From: Eledone cirrhosa
Taxonomy: Eukaryota
NCBI GenBank assembly: GCA_964016885.1
Contig: OZ024743.1
Coordinates: forward strand, 54,374,001-54,438,000
DNA length: 64,000 bases
Direction of reading: 5' to 3'
Shown here: in pieces, positions 34,394 through 48,399 of the stretch
Position numbering within the stretch: position 1 is the first letter of the stretch
Layout: every line of letters begins with the position of its first letter
Translations under genes and position numbers: made by a program
Notes under the pieces: generated by a model
What the model was told of the DNA's origin: nothing
What the model saw: the letters and a program-made list of their open reading frames with translations, nothing else
The model's database searches: none

Positions 34394-34581
34394 CAGTCGA
34401 TCGACGTTCGTCAAATAGGACCGAGGAAACAATGTTTTCATTGGTCTTTCCAATTGCTAATACTCTCTATCAGTCGCAACTCCAGGTAGAAGGAGCAACG
34501 TGAAATAAAGTGTCTTGCTCAAGGACATAACGCATCGCCCGGTCCAGGAATCGAACTCACAACATCACGATTCCGAATCCC
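34391..34581 (-). mobile_element. SINE2-head chimera, copy 2
   Basis: Reverse complement of 4890-5076. Confidence 0.75.
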
Positions 34582-34651
34582 AAAAAAACACATGTGTGTG
34601 TATATCTATATATATATATATACACACACATGTGTATATATATATATATTT

Positions 34652-34708
<57 letters not shown>

Positions 34709-34713
<5 letters not shown>

Positions 34714-35371
34714 AAATGGGGAGAAGAATACTGCTGGTTGCACATGGATAACATGTAATAAAATAAGTCCCTCATCAGTGATGTGCCGACGATCATAGAT
34801 ATTTCATTGCATTAAAAATCATATACCTCACGTCGGTGCAATAATAACTAAATTAAGTTATTAGGACAATTAAAACGCGTAAAGCGAGTGAGACAAGATA
34901 ACAACAAAGAGAAGAGCTAACCGTAGAAGGAAGGGAACAAGCTTCATAGTTATTCTGTTAGCATAAGCTAGGTGAATATATGAGCGCTTAGAAAAAAGAC
35001 CTTTCGGGAACGAATCCAAATGTGAGAAAGAGAGAAAATGTTTTCGTCACGAAGTGAAAAGAGGAGAAACAGTGAGTGAGTGAGTGGAAGTGTGAGGAAG
35101 AGTTAACTGACATGACAGAGAGGACGAAAGAAAGTAGGAGAAACGGAGAGAACGAGGGAGCAGTAAGAGAGAGAGAGAGAGAAAAAAACAGAATCGCAGT
35201 TTAGGTAAATATATGTGAAAAAATGGGGAGAAGAATACTGCAGGTTGCACATGGATAACATGTAATAAAATAAGTCCCTCATCAGTGATTTGCCGACGAT
35301 CATAGATATTTCATTGCATTAAAAATCATATACCTCACGTCGGTGCAATAATAACTAAATTAAGTTATTAG

Positions 35372-35373
<2 letters not shown>
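34709..35373 (+). repeat. Direct repeat of about 155 bp (34709-34866 and 35217-35373); diverged relative at about 37640-37787
   Basis: GAGAAGAATACTGC.GGTTGCACATGG...AATTAAGTTATTAGGA occurs twice, in a (TA)n-flanked insert: a partial-tandem (pseudo-LTR-like) arrangement. Confidence 0.85.
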
Positions 35374-35406
<33 letters not shown>

Positions 35407-35865
35407 GATAAAGTTATATCTGTATCCGAGACTGCACCAATATGTATAAATATATACACATAACTAATAAGTAGGCATGTAAACACGCCAAAAAATACGA
35501 ATTTCTCTGTAAATTGAAAAAACACATTTAATCGATTTTTTAATCTAACTGAACCTTCACCAGAAGGCGTGAATATCATCCATCAACCACAAGGAATTAT
35601 ATTTGATGGGTATATATACCCAAGTATATAGTTGTGTATATATATATACATCTATATACCTAAGTATACCTAAGTATATAGATGTGTATATATATATATA
35701 TATCCAAAGTATCGTCTTCCTGTCTTCCTCCGGTTGCAACGTTTTTTGAAAAATCCACTTCTGCGTTTACAGATTGACTTTGTTAGTTTCAGAAGATCCC
35801 GTTGAGGGTGAAAGCAGCTATTCTTTGCTTAAACTTTAATCTGTTATTTTAATAAATATATATAT

Positions 35866-37570
35866 GTTACTCCCCATTACACCTTATCGGACATAACGTT
35901 TGGCGCCCCTGATGTCTTAGCGGCAATAAAGAAAATCAAGCATAATTCAGCAGTAGGTCCCGATAGGTTCCCTGCTTGTGTCTTGAAGGCGTGTCAACAC
36001 CAACTTGCATCTCCTCTTGCCAATCTGTGGCGGAACTCACTGGATGCTGGATATGTGCCAGAAAACCTTCTATCCCAGTCTGTTGTCCCAGTTTTCAAAA
36101 AAGGAAACAAATCCCTTGCCGTGAATTACCGTCCAATCTCACTCACCTCTCATATCATTAAGGTATTTGAGAGAGTGGTGAGATCGCGAATGACTCACTT
36201 CCTTGAGAGTAACAATATACTGAACTCCAACCAGCATGGATTCCGTAATGGAAGGGATTGCCTGACGCAGCTACTGCATCACTTTGATGACATTTTGAGA
36301 GCCTTGGGAGAGGGTTCCAACACTGATGTAATCTACCTTGATTTCAGCAAGGCCTTTGACAGGGTTGATCACAACATTCTACTGAGAAAGCTGTCCAATA
36401 TTGGTGTCACTGGAAAGCTGCTGCAGTGGATCAAGAGCTTCCTGTCAAACAGAACCCAACATGTTGTAGTCGAAGGAGTCAAATCCAGCCCAGCCAAAGT
36501 CAGTAGTGGGGTCCCACAAGGCACTGTGTTGGGCCCACTATTTCTCTTCATCATCTATATTAATGACATCACTGACATCATCAAACACAGCAACATTAGA
36601 ATTTTCGCTGATGATTCCAAGCTCCAAAAGGTCATCAATGGCATGGATGACCGGATAAGCCTTCAGTCAGACCTACTGGCTGTTACCAATGGGCGGAAAA
36701 GAACAACATGTTACTGAACAAAGACAAATTCGAACTGTTCCACTTTGGAAAAAAGGATGCTCTTAAAATCCCGTACTCACTTCCCTCCGGTGAAACTCTC
36801 GTGGCATCTAACAACATCAGAGACTTGGAGTAACCGTGGACAGCAACATAAGCTGGGCCACGCATATAAGCAGCAAAGTTGACATGGCCCGCAGAATGTG
36901 TTCCTGGATCCTCAGAACCTTCCAGTCGAGAGATTCCCACACCATTATCCTTCTCTTCTCCACTTTTGCCCGACCACACCTTGAATACTGTTGTCCACTG
37001 TGGTCTCCCCACACGAAACAAAGTATCATGAAACTTGAAGCTCCCCAAAGGGCAATCACGAAAAAGATAGATGGCATGTCAGACCTTGACTACTGGGGTC
37101 GACTAGAAAAGCTGAAACTTTACTCACTCCAACGTCGCCGTGAGCGTTATATTATCTGCATGATGTGGAAAATGTTTCATCAGCACTGCCCAAATGATGT
37201 TGGCATCACCTTCAAAATACACCCAAGGCTTGGGCCCCGTGCTATCCGTCCCAAACAAAAATCTAAATCGCAACACATAACAACAATACGGCACAATTAT
37301 TTCACCTCAATTGGCCCTGCTCTCTTCAACATCACACCAGGACACGTCAAAACAGAAACTGACCACACAAAATTCAAGAAGTCTTTGGACAAATTCCTCC
37401 AAGTAATCCCGGACAAACCACCCACACCCGGATATGTCTCCGCAAACAGTAATTTTCTTCTCAAATGGGCCATGGTGCCCAAATCCTGAGTTGAAAGACT
37501 TCGCCAGGTGGTGCTATTAAGTTAGACATGGCCTGGGCCAATACTGGCCAAAACATTTCAAAGTTCAACG

Positions 37571-37572
<2 letters not shown>
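35866..37572 (+). mobile_element. 5'-truncated CR1-like LINE (RT and C-terminus plus 3' UTR)
   Basis: NYRPISLTS, NQHGFR, YLDFSKAFDRV, SGVPQGTVLGP, FADD, RPHLEYC.PLWSP and LYSLQRRRER motifs across ORFs 35983-36717 and 36836-37489. Followed by (TA)n. Confidence 0.9.
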
Positions 37573-37639
<67 letters not shown>

Positions 37640-38091
37640 AATAATGGAGCTGCGGCGTTGCAAATGGGTTACATATGAAAAAGTAAGTCCTTCATCAGTC
37701 GCCTTCCAACCGTCCTAGGCATTTCATCGCTTTAAAGGCCATATACCTCAGGTTGGTGCGAACAACGGCTAAAAAAAGTCGTTGGGACACGTAAATAAAG
37801 TGGACGCTAGGGTGAACAAACAAAATGGTTTAAGCAACAGAAAGTGAGAAGAAAGAGACAAGATATATATATATATATATATACAGTATATATATATATA
37901 TATATACACACATATATATATATACATACGTTTATATGCGTATGTATGTATGTGCGCGTGTGTATATATGTATGTGTATGTATGTATGTGTGTATATATA
38001 TGTGAATGTGTATGTATGTATATATGAATGTGTGTGCGTGTGTGTGTATGTATGTATGTGTGTATGTACGTATGTATGTATGTATATAATA

Positions 38092-38692
38092 TGTCAGGTC
38101 ACCAGTTGGTGCTACTGGTAACATGTATCCCAGTACAACCTGTCGGGTCGTTGGTGACTAAACTGGCAACCCCACCAAGGTTTCTTGGTGAGGAGGGTGA
38201 CTTTGGACATCTTGCAGGATTAAAAACAAAACCTGTCAAAGGTCAAAGGAGCTCTTATGAGTCAATGGCAATCCAAAATCACCGGCAGAGATGACCCCTT
38301 AGCCTTTGTCAAGGCAGAATTCTAGGAGAAGGAAAACTCTGATATAACACCTGCAACCCTGATGGTATCCAATGATGCTGACTTGTTCTTCTTTTTGGTA
38401 AATATCATCTTGGTTAAGAGAGTGGGACTGGCTTTGTGCAGTGCTTTTGCTCACTATAAAAGCTTCACGGCACATGCATTGCTTTGTATCTGGAGATCTC
38501 TCTGCACTTGCCGTCACATGGTACCATGGGCCTTGCACTGTGTCAATAATTGTCACAAGTGTAGTGTTTGTACCAGAGTTTTCAAGTCGCTGGCTGGACC
38601 GAATGTCACACTCGTTCAGCGCATCGGTAGGGGTTCTCCTACATGGTTATAAAGTAGTGGCCGTACTCGAAAACGAGTTGGCAGCCACCATG
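38092..38692 (+). mobile_element. Probable non-autonomous retroelement with an RTE-like 5' UTR motif, in (TATG)n
   Basis: GC-richer insert between (TATG)n tracts. CTAGGAGAAGGAAAACTCTGA resembles RTE 5' UTRs. No RT ORF. Confidence 0.35.
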
Positions 38693-39363
38693 TATATATG
38701 TATGTACGTATATATGGATGTATGTACGTATGTATGTATGTATGTATGTATGTATGTATGTATGTATGTATTTATGTATGTATGTATGTACGTATGTATA
38801 TATATGTCTGTATGCAAGACCACCGCCTGTGTTTTTAGCACCAGTAGCTAGCCCTATATTATGTACCCCATTCTCCCAAATAAATAATTTCAACTGACAG
38901 TTTGGCAAGCTGACAAACTTAGTTTTTGACACTTCTTGCTCTGACCATATTGAGAAAATTACTATGTCTGCGTTATACAGTCCACACTCACCCACGCCAA
39001 ATCAGGTTACAGGTCATAACACTATATAACCTTTAGCATTTTGCATATTTCCACAACACTGTAACGTAGCACAGATGTCTAGTGATTTATATATTGATTG
39101 CAAGAAATTGTTATATATTTTATTTAATTATACAAATTTGTAATATACTGTAGTCCTTTAATGCTTAATAATCTACCTCTGACGTCAGCAGGTTATTTTC
39201 TCATGAAACCGCTACCTCCACACCGTTCATTCAGGTATTATTTGATCCTTCTATGAAAGCGTGTGTATAGATATATTCTTTTATTCTTTTATTACATTCA
39301 GACATTAGCCTATGACCATAGATTCATAAACATGTTCATATGCAAATATATATATGTGTGTGT

Positions 39364-39471
<108 letters not shown>

Positions 39472-39977
39472 GTCTGTCTGTTCGCGCGTATGTGTGTGTA
39501 TGTGTGTGTGTCTGTCTGTCTGTCTGTTCGTGTGTATGTGTGCTTCTGCGCGTGTGTCTTTGTTCGTGCGTGTTTAAATTATGAGTTCATACAATATATA
39601 TAAAAATAAAATATACACGTGTATGTATGTATGTATGCTCTTTGCGTTCTATATGTTTATGCCTGTGTATGGGTTGTGTGCATCTGTCTATGTATGTGCT
39701 GTGCGTGTGTGTACATTGTGTATGTAATAAATCATGACAGTTGCAAGAGTATTCAGTTGTAGTATTGTCAGGTACGATAGAAGTTAGCAGCTGTCCCTTT
39801 TAATCAGACCTTCCTGCTTGATTTACTGGCGACAACTAATCATTTCTTCGTGGACAACTGTCAACAAAATACGGACACTTTGCTAATTTTTGCCACACAA
39901 TAAATAATCACAAACACGCAGGAGCGCATGCACAGTCACACAGATACACATACACGCACACACACATACTCGCACAG

Positions 39978-40046
<69 letters not shown>

Positions 40047-40082
40047 TATATATACACACACACATATATATATATATGTATG

Positions 40083-40138
<56 letters not shown>

Positions 40139-40212
40139 GTGTGTATATGTGTATTTTTGTGTGTGTAGTGTTTGTGTATATGTGAATGTGTGTATATATA
40201 TATATATGTATG

Positions 40213-40310
<98 letters not shown>

Positions 40311-41419
40311 ATATATATATATACATTTATGTGTGCGTATGTGGGTGGGCGCTTGTGGGTGTATATGTGTGTGTATGTGTGTATTTTTGTGTGTGTAGTG
40401 TTTGTGTATATGTGAATGTGTGTATGTTTTTATGATTTATTTTATCCTGAAACTTCACAAATAGTCATTATGGGATTTTCGTTGCCGAGTTTCAAAGATT
40501 AGGAAAAATGGAATATGGTTGTGTGGTTAAGGATTTCGCCTCGCCTGGTACCTCCGACAAGAGTCTTCTATAATCTTGGGTTGACAACATTTGAACTAAC
40601 ACTCTACATAAGAGATGGTTTGTCGAAGCTTTCACCATTTCCTAATTCTTTCAGAAAGCAAATCTTTTTGCTAGGCCTCTCGCAAATAGGCTTTCATATA
40701 AAAAAAATAAAACAACTTTGAAGCAATTACCGTTCTCAGACGAATGTAATAATAACTGTAGGCAGTGTTATCATCGAGTTGATTACAATAGATTAAAGAT
40801 TTCGACAAACAATTGGCGTTAAAGGGCGAATGCTAACGGTGTTACAGTTATTGAAAAAATGTCCAACTTTATGAGATACTTGATGATTAATACTTTGACT
40901 CAGTCTTAAGCTGTGAAAGGTTTGAGCTTCTTTTTGTTTGGTTTTGCTATGTTACTACTTTTTTAATGCAAAATCCAAGGATTGTATGATTAAAAACAAA
41001 GGTTTTGTTTTTTCAATTTTATGATTAATTATAGAATAGGAGGTAAAGCATACCGTGCAAATGAGAAATGAACGCCGTTGCAGCAGTAGAAGGTACTATT
41101 TTCAGTTCTCTGGTATATGTCATGCGGTGCTCCAGCATGGCCTCCACCTGTCGGGTAGAACACGTAATAGAATAATAGAGTAATAGTGAAGAGGTGCGTC
41201 AAGTAGATACCAGAGGGGTATTAATATGGTCTTCCCATGAAATTACTTTGATAAAAAGCACAACTTCTATGACAACTAAGAATTTCGTTGAGGTTCACAT
41301 GAAATACTAGATGCACAAGTATAAATATATAAGTTAGGCCTGTGGAATCGCCGCAAGTTTATTTCATAATTATTACTAATTAATAATGTGTGAAGTCGTG
41401 TGATTTAGTGATTAAGGGA

Positions 41420-42480
41420 TCACTGTGCAAGTTTCCTCGAGAGCACCAGTGTCTTAGTCTTCGCAGCACTGGTTTCCATTCCAGCCGTACAGCATTCGAC
41501 AGCAAAGATATCAAGTGCAAGTCGGAGAGCACCTTCTAACGAGTTAAGTAGTACCATGTCGTCCACAAATTCCAGGCGACGCATCCCACATTTGCCAGTC
41601 TTGATACCACATACAACCCGGCTGCGCATGTCAATTGAGTGCATGAATATTATGAACAGGAGAGGTGTGAGAGCGCTCACTTGGCAGAGTCTAACTCCCA
41701 CATTGAATGGTTCTATTTATCCGAACACAAATACTAGGGCATTCGTATAAATACTTCAGAACAACGAGACGGTCAATCGACCCCATACTTCTACAGAACC
41801 TTCCACATCAGGTCCCCTAGAATGCGGCCATGATCCTTATTAAGTGTGGATGCTCTGCCGCATCCACACCGTTCGTTAGCTAACCTGGACTCGACTGTCT
41901 CTTTATATGTAATGCCAGACACTTTACCGGGGAGACCTAACACAGAGATCCCTCTATATTGGATCAATCTCTCTTGTCTTTCCTTTTAAAAATTGGGATT
42001 ATTATTCCCAGTTCTCATTGTTTAGATGCCTTTCCGGTGATCCAGTCCACGCAACGCACATGTTTCAACCAGAGAATATGTTCTCTATTTAAAGCTTTTA
42101 ACATCACTGGCCGAAATTTATCTTCCCAAGAGTCCTTGCCACATTTGAGCCTTTTAACGTCTCCTGTGGTCCTAGACTTTGATATATTAGTCACCGCTTC
42201 TAAATGCATTTTGAGTATATCAGAAAATGCTTTTGTGGCTGAGTTTAGTGGATCAGCAAAGTATTCTCACCACTTTACGTGGATGCACCTCCCCGAAGAG
42301 AGAACCCCAGAGGTTCTTGATAGCAGGCGTGGAGGACTTCATATTATGAAGTTGGCGGGTGGTCTACCAGTATACTTTATTCGCTGATCTGGTCAGATTC
42401 TAACTTAATCTCAAAGACCTCGCATGTTTTAATTTTAGACTCCTTTACCGTTTCTGCTGCGACTATTCACGCCTGCTTGT
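41420..42480 (-). mobile_element. Degenerate RTE-like LINE RT fragment
   Basis: GVRLCQVSALTPLLFIIFM...LEFVDDMVLL (RT motifs B'/C) and DVKRLKCGK.S.EDKFRPVMLKAL upstream. Confidence 0.7.
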
Positions 42481-42897
42481 ACAGCAAATACAAGAAGGAG
42501 AACTTATTTCCTAGCCAAGATTCGTAAGCCTCCTTCGTTGCTCGGATGGCATCTTTGAGCACTTGATTGAACCAAAGGGTCCTCATACAACACGGAGCCA
42601 CTTTTATTCGCAGCATTTAACAACTGAAGCATAAATTGCCGATATATATAAACATATATATATATATACATATATATACATGTAAACACAAAATCACACA
42701 CAAGCACACACACATACATATATACATATTTATATGTAGACTAGATTACAAGATAAACGCAAGTAAACAGATATCGACACAGAAAAATCACAATCAATCA
42801 CAAATTAGTCAATAGAAGTGTCAATATGTATTTACCTTTCAAAATACCAATGATGTTTGTTTCGAAACCACGTTATTTTAAGATATACGATGGCAGC

Positions 42898-43258
42898 TAC
42901 TCTCGGGTCGCAAATAATAGATGGGGGGGGGGGGCTTGGAATAGGCAGAGGAGTTGGAATATGCGGGGGAGGGGTCGCTAATTTTTCCAGGTCGTCTCCG
43001 TTGATTAAAAAAAACAACAAAACAGAATTAGTTGTTTAGTTTACATATTGAGACCCCAACCCATCTTATTTATATTATAAGGTATATGATTTCTAGTAAT
43101 GTACTTTTTTGTTATGTATAATGTTCTTTAATGTCTAAAGAAATAAAGTAGCAAAATTTAGTAAGCGGTGGGGTTTGGAATAAGATCGAGGGCGGGGGCT
43201 AAAATCTGAAAAATGAATAAGCGTTGGTTGGAGGACGATTATTTGGAATCCGGGATTA
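42898..43258 (-). mobile_element. MITE, second copy
   Basis: TACTCTCGGGTCGCAAATAA terminus. GAATTAGTTGTTTAGTTTACATATTGAGACCCCAACCCATC is the reverse complement of about 26902-26942. Confidence 0.75.
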
Positions 43259-44130
43259 CTTTCATTCAGTTTGCGTCTTTTAGAAGAGTTATTTGGGCTT
43301 TGGTTGGAATTCCTTTTTAATATTCATTCCGGCTCTTCAACGCCCTGAGTTCGAATCCCGCCAAACGCAACTTTTCTATTCACTATTTCGGGATCAATAA
43401 ATAGAATACCAGTCTCTATTGATCTCTAACATATGCGAGAGAAATACAATTACAGCTGGAACGATGTGTATCGCTCTCATGTTCAGTATTCTTTATAAAC
43501 TCTCACGCTCTCTCTGTATCTTTCTCGGAAAGAAATTGGCTGAGCTCCTACCTGTTAAAAATGCCCATGATACATCGCATGTAATGACAACGCCTCTACG
43601 ACTACACCAGAACATAAGGACATATCACATTCTTCTACCATTAAAATATATAACTATTAGTCTGAATGTTTAGCGCTATTAATTTAAGAAGAGAAATATG
43701 TGAGGCATTAATGTGGTATTATACTATTTTACGGAAGATCCTTAAAATGATTCCTCAACAGCCTTTGAAGAATTCCTGTTTTAGGTTACATCATTAAATA
43801 CTGCCTAAAATCAATCACTCAGAACAAAACAGTTCTTACAAATACATAATCTAATATCTTACGTGTTGCTTGCTATAAATCATTGCTTCATCTAGAATTT
43901 CATTATGAGGGTGTGCTAGATATATTCCACTATTTTACTGCTTTCACATTCTATTTTAAAAATATTGATCTTAGCTGCTTATGTCACAACAAATCTCAAT
44001 CCTTAGCTAAATGTTCATATGTTTATGGAACGTGATATTACGACGATTTTTTTTACTGAGTAAATACATTTTATAATCAAACATCTTGTGTTAAGCTTAA
44101 ATTTTCGATCTTACGAAGCACTGAAGATGT

Positions 44131-44410
44131 AAATTTATAAGAATATGTAGCATGCTCAAGCACACAAAATAACTGCAATTACAGTCAGTTGCTATAAAAT
44201 AGCTTTCAAAATCGAATAAAAACCTTAGAGATGAGAAAATGTTGCCAGCGGCCGCCGCTGCGAATATCTCCATATCTTCGTAGCGGCCGCTGACATCTTT
44301 TTCCCGCTTCTCAGGGCCTTTACCCGATTGTTATTAGCTATTCCATAGCAACGGACTGTAAATATTGTTAGTTTCTGCGCTTGACCATCCTATATCTTCT
44401 TATAAACATT
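44131..44410. repeat. Old foldback/MITE-like inverted repeat, arms about 125 bp
   Basis: The arms align in reverse with many substitutions and converge on CAGCGGCCGC / GCGGCCGCTG. Confidence 0.7.
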
Positions 44411-44454
44411 TTATAATCGGGACGTGTTTAATTTGTTGCTGCATCTCCACCGAT

Positions 44455-44766
44455 TCCAACGATGAGTAACCCAGTTGTTCGAACTATGCAACAGCCAGCT
44501 CGTGAAATTAACGTGCAATTAGCTGAGCATTCAACTGATACGAGTACCATTGACGTAGTTCTTAGGGAGATTCATCGTATCACAGTATATGACAAAGCTG
44601 GGCTTTTAAACTACAACTGCAACTTATTTTTTTCAAGTCAAATGGACAGGGGCAACGTGAAAGAAAGTGTCATGCTCAAGGATACAGCACGCCGCCGATA
44701 ATAGAACTGACGACCTTATAATTGTGAGTGGACCAACCTAACCCCTAAACCATGGGCCTCCGCGTG
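44455..44766 (-). mobile_element. SINE family 2, full length
   Basis: Same family as 27570-27886. Confidence 0.75.
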
Positions 44767-45461
44767 TTTAAGAATATCAAATATTCATAAGACACCAAAC
44801 ACAGGAGATTTTATCATTTTTGCATGTTAAGTTCAGTTATTAACAATCGACGTTTGATCTTGTATATTTCTGTAATTTACACATTTTCTACAGATCATTT
44901 TATCTTCAAATGGACATTGTAAAGAAACTAATGCGTTTTTGTTGATATTTTAATACCGAAGGAAACTTTTATGTACATGTGGTCATAGAACGTTCAAACA
45001 TTAACTGAATGAGCACTCAATATTTGTGAGCAGAATATAAGATTTATTTTCCGAAGAAAAAAGGTGGCAATTGGCCGCATAACATAAATAATTGTAAGTG
45101 TGAAGGGGATGGGCATTGAAATCAAACATACGGACTTTTTATTATTTCTAAGTATCTTAGAGCTCTATAATACAACAATGACAATCTATTGTCTTTAGCA
45201 CGAAACCTCTCATTTCATCACAGTTCAGAACAAAGTAATGTTATGTGAAATCACAAAGCACACTTAGGTTTATTATTCTGATGTCCTTGCAAAATAACAG
45301 ATAATACAATCACGCATTTCTTATGTTGCTAACCGAAATATTCAAGTTTACACGTAGAAAATGAAAAATCTTTCAACAGAATGAATTACGGTATTCCAAA
45401 GTGTCTACATTCTCGGAATTTCATCGAATTTGTTTTATTTAAAGTGTTTATATTTATCATA

Positions 45462-45605
45462 AGGCGGCGAATTAGCAGAGCTGTTAGAACCTCAGATAGA
45501 ATGCTTGGCAATATTTATTCCGGCCCTCACCTGGCTTAGTTCAAATACCACTGAGGTCAATTTTGCCTTTCATTCAATTACCAGTCCAATACTGGGGTCG
45601 ATTCT
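45462..45605 (+). mobile_element. SINE family 1, old copy
   Basis: GGCGGCGAATTAGCAGA...GTTCAAAT...TTTGCCTTTCAT. Confidence 0.6.
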
Positions 45606-46809
45606 TCCTCTATATCCCCTCCTCACATTCTCACTCGATCCTTTTCTAGAAGAAATCTGATGTCCTCAGATCTGGTGAGGGATGGGCTCCATCAACCTTA
45701 AAATGGTGAACAAACGGCGTATGCCGCTACGATGTCCTTGCGACTCCATCAGCAGTTACAGGCCATATCATACCATACTACGATATTTAACTTAGGTGGT
45801 GAATTGGGTTAAACACGTCTCGGTATTTGTTTCAGCTTACTGTACTGTGTTTATATCCTGTCGATGTCAATTCTGTCAATCTGCTGCCGCTGGGCTGGTA
45901 CTTTATTTATCAACCACGGAAGGACGAAAGGCAAAGATTCCCCGCGACCTCATTTAAGTGCAGTAAGTTGAACAAATACCGAAGAATTTAATTCAAGGCT
46001 ATAACAACTCTATTATAATATGATGATATATTGCTAGGCGAATTGGGTCGTTTGACGTCGGGTTAAATGCATTGGTATTTTTTCCAGCTCACAAGACTCT
46101 GATTTCAGGTCCAGCCACCTTCTGCAATAATTCGTGATCAGCAGATAGTATTAGATTGATATAAAAATGGCGACACTTTGAAGTAAACAAGCCACTAGAT
46201 CCATTCAAAGCTTCTTCATAACTTCACCTTCCCGATATATTGGATGAAACACGATCACGATATAACGTATACTGCAATGTGCTACAGGTAGATTTTCCGA
46301 AACGTGCATTGGAAAGAGTAGATAAACTGCAGTCAATAAAAGAACGTGAGAAAATGAAAGAGAGCATTCTCGCACATCACTGTAATGTCGATATATAAAA
46401 ATACATAAGAATTAAAGGAATACATAGATTAGATAGATAATAAGACGGAAACAGTTATAATGTCAAAAACTTCGATGAAGCTCTAACTAAAAACAGATTG
46501 CGTGACCATGAACACAATTGTTAATATTTATGTACGCTTAATTATGTAAATGTCAAATGAAAATATCAACGAGATGTAGTGTTTTCTTGCAAATTTGGAG
46601 AATGTGGGTGATAAGCATAACAGAACCAGGCGGTTTACCAGTAACTCAAATGTTATGTATTTAAATGCGTAGTCTACTTAGCAGACACTTAGAACTTTTG
46701 CATCATCTCAATTTATCATCCTAACTTCTGTATTTTATTTACATTCTCAGAGGGCTTTTGTTTTTCTTTTCGATTAAATACATAACATTAAAAGTTTGAA
46801 AACTCGAAT

Positions 46810-48093
46810 TTAACTTTCCAAAGGGTCTCTTGGAATTACCAGTATCTGACTGTTAGCCGAGCACCAGATTTGAACATCTGATGAGCCAGAAAGCTGATTA
46901 TTTTGAAAAGTGTTGTGGACGGTTTCATCTGTGTCATTTCTAAGTCTTTCTACACTGCGGAACGATTTCCAAGACGAATTCCGGGAAGAATTTGGTGCTT
47001 TGGAAGTTTCAACTTTGACGCGAACGACTCGATTTCGAAATTTCCAGTGTCTCCACATATTCCTTTGAAAGCGCAAAGCTGTTACAAGCCAAAATATATA
47101 AAGAAATATTACAAAAAATGCAAATAGCATAAGTCCTACAACTTCCATTGAAGCTTTCCAATCTAAAAGAGCAGCAGTTGCGACAACAAGGCATACGCTG
47201 GCCAACGTTAAAGGTGTTACTAAAATAAAACATAAGATGTCACAGAAAAGCAGGTTTTTTACATATTGGTTTCCAGGACATAAAACAAATTCAATAAAAG
47301 ATTTAGATTCTTCAGTGAACTCAAATTGGTATCCACACAATTCACATTTAGTTCTACCGGTACAACTTAGCCATTGTTCAAGGCAATTTATGTGCACTTG
47401 GCCTTGTGTTCCTTTGCAATAGCACGGAGAAAGAAGTTGCCCTGAGCTGCTGCTTCCGTGACAGATACGGCAACAAGGAATGTCATCTTTAGAGCGATCA
47501 CCATCAGAAGATGTACCCAGTGATATATCATCACATTGTCTCGTTTTTGAAGACTGAGAGTCTGTCAGAACCCTTTCATGTGGCTCCTCCTTCACGCCAG
47601 GTACGACAGCTGGATCTGATTTATCTCCGATACTAGATATAACACCTGAAAGCTTTTCCCCGTCTCTAATACACGGGTGGTATTTTACACTGACACTGTT
47701 TTTAATATCTATTTCAGCAGCATTAACATTTTTTCGCACAGAATCAGAACCAGGAAAATCCTGTCCATCAGTCATTACAGACGAAGGTTGTTCATCGTCA
47801 ATAGCGTGATCTCCTTTACCTAGTAGGGAAGCTTCATTTGTTAGGAATGGCAAATCTGACTCTCCTACAGTAGACATTACATCTTGTGTTGTATTTTTTC
47901 TTGAGGAATGGGGAGAAAATATAAACGTTGGTGGTAAAATATTAACACTTTCCGGATCGCTCTTTGCATGTTTATTGTTGACATTTTCTGCTATGTTTGA
48001 AGTTGTGATTATCGACCTACTACCTTCATCCCTTGAGTAATCATTTTCATGTTGTACTTGTAACGTTGCATTTCTTTGATGGTTCATAGACAT
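46810..48093 (-). CDS. Membrane-associated RING-CH (MARCH2/3-like) E3 ubiquitin ligase, single uninterrupted ORF of 427 aa
   Basis: C4HC3 RING-CH motif CRICH...SPCYCKGTQGQVHINCLEQWL...CELC, followed by DILCFILVTPL and two hydrophobic TM segments, a WRHWK-type motif after TM2, and a long Ser/Asp-rich N-terminus. No stops or frameshifts. Confidence 0.9.
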   Translation of the reverse strand: MSMNHQRNATLQVQHENDYSRDEGSRSIITTSNIAENVNNKHAKSDPESVNILPPTFIFSPHSSRKNTTQDVMSTVGESDLPFLTNEASLLGKGDHAIDDEQPSSVMTDGQDFPGSDSVRKNVNAAEIDIKNSVSVKYHPCIRDGEKLSGVISSIGDKSDPAVVPGVKEEPHERVLTDSQSSKTRQCDDISLGTSSDGDRSKDDIPCCRICHGSSSSGQLLSPCYCKGTQGQVHINCLEQWLSCTGRTKCELCGYQFEFTEESKSFIEFVLCPGNQYVKNLLFCDILCFILVTPLTLASVCLVVATAALLDWKASMEVVGLMLFAFFVIFLYIFWLVTALRFQRNMWRHWKFRNRVVRVKVETSKAPNSSRNSSWKSFRSVERLRNDTDETVHNTFQNNQLSGSSDVQIWCSANSQILVIPRDPLES

Positions 48094-48399
48094 GTTGAAA
48101 GGATCAAGCAGGGAGGAGATTTGAATAGAAGTTAACTGAAAAGATTTCTTTTAAAATACCTTTTCGCTCTGGTTTGAAAGCAATATATTTCGTGTGAAGA
48201 TATAACAGATGCTGAAGAGAAGAGAAGAAGAGAGGTTAAAAAGGGAGGAAGAGAGAAGAGGTTGAAGAGGAATGGAGAGGAGAGTATGAAGCTCAGATAG
48301 CATAAGTTATTCAACTCGCCATGTTTATAGAATTATGACGTGGGAAATATATGCATAACTGTCATAAATAACGTCACGTTTATTTGAACAACAAATTAT

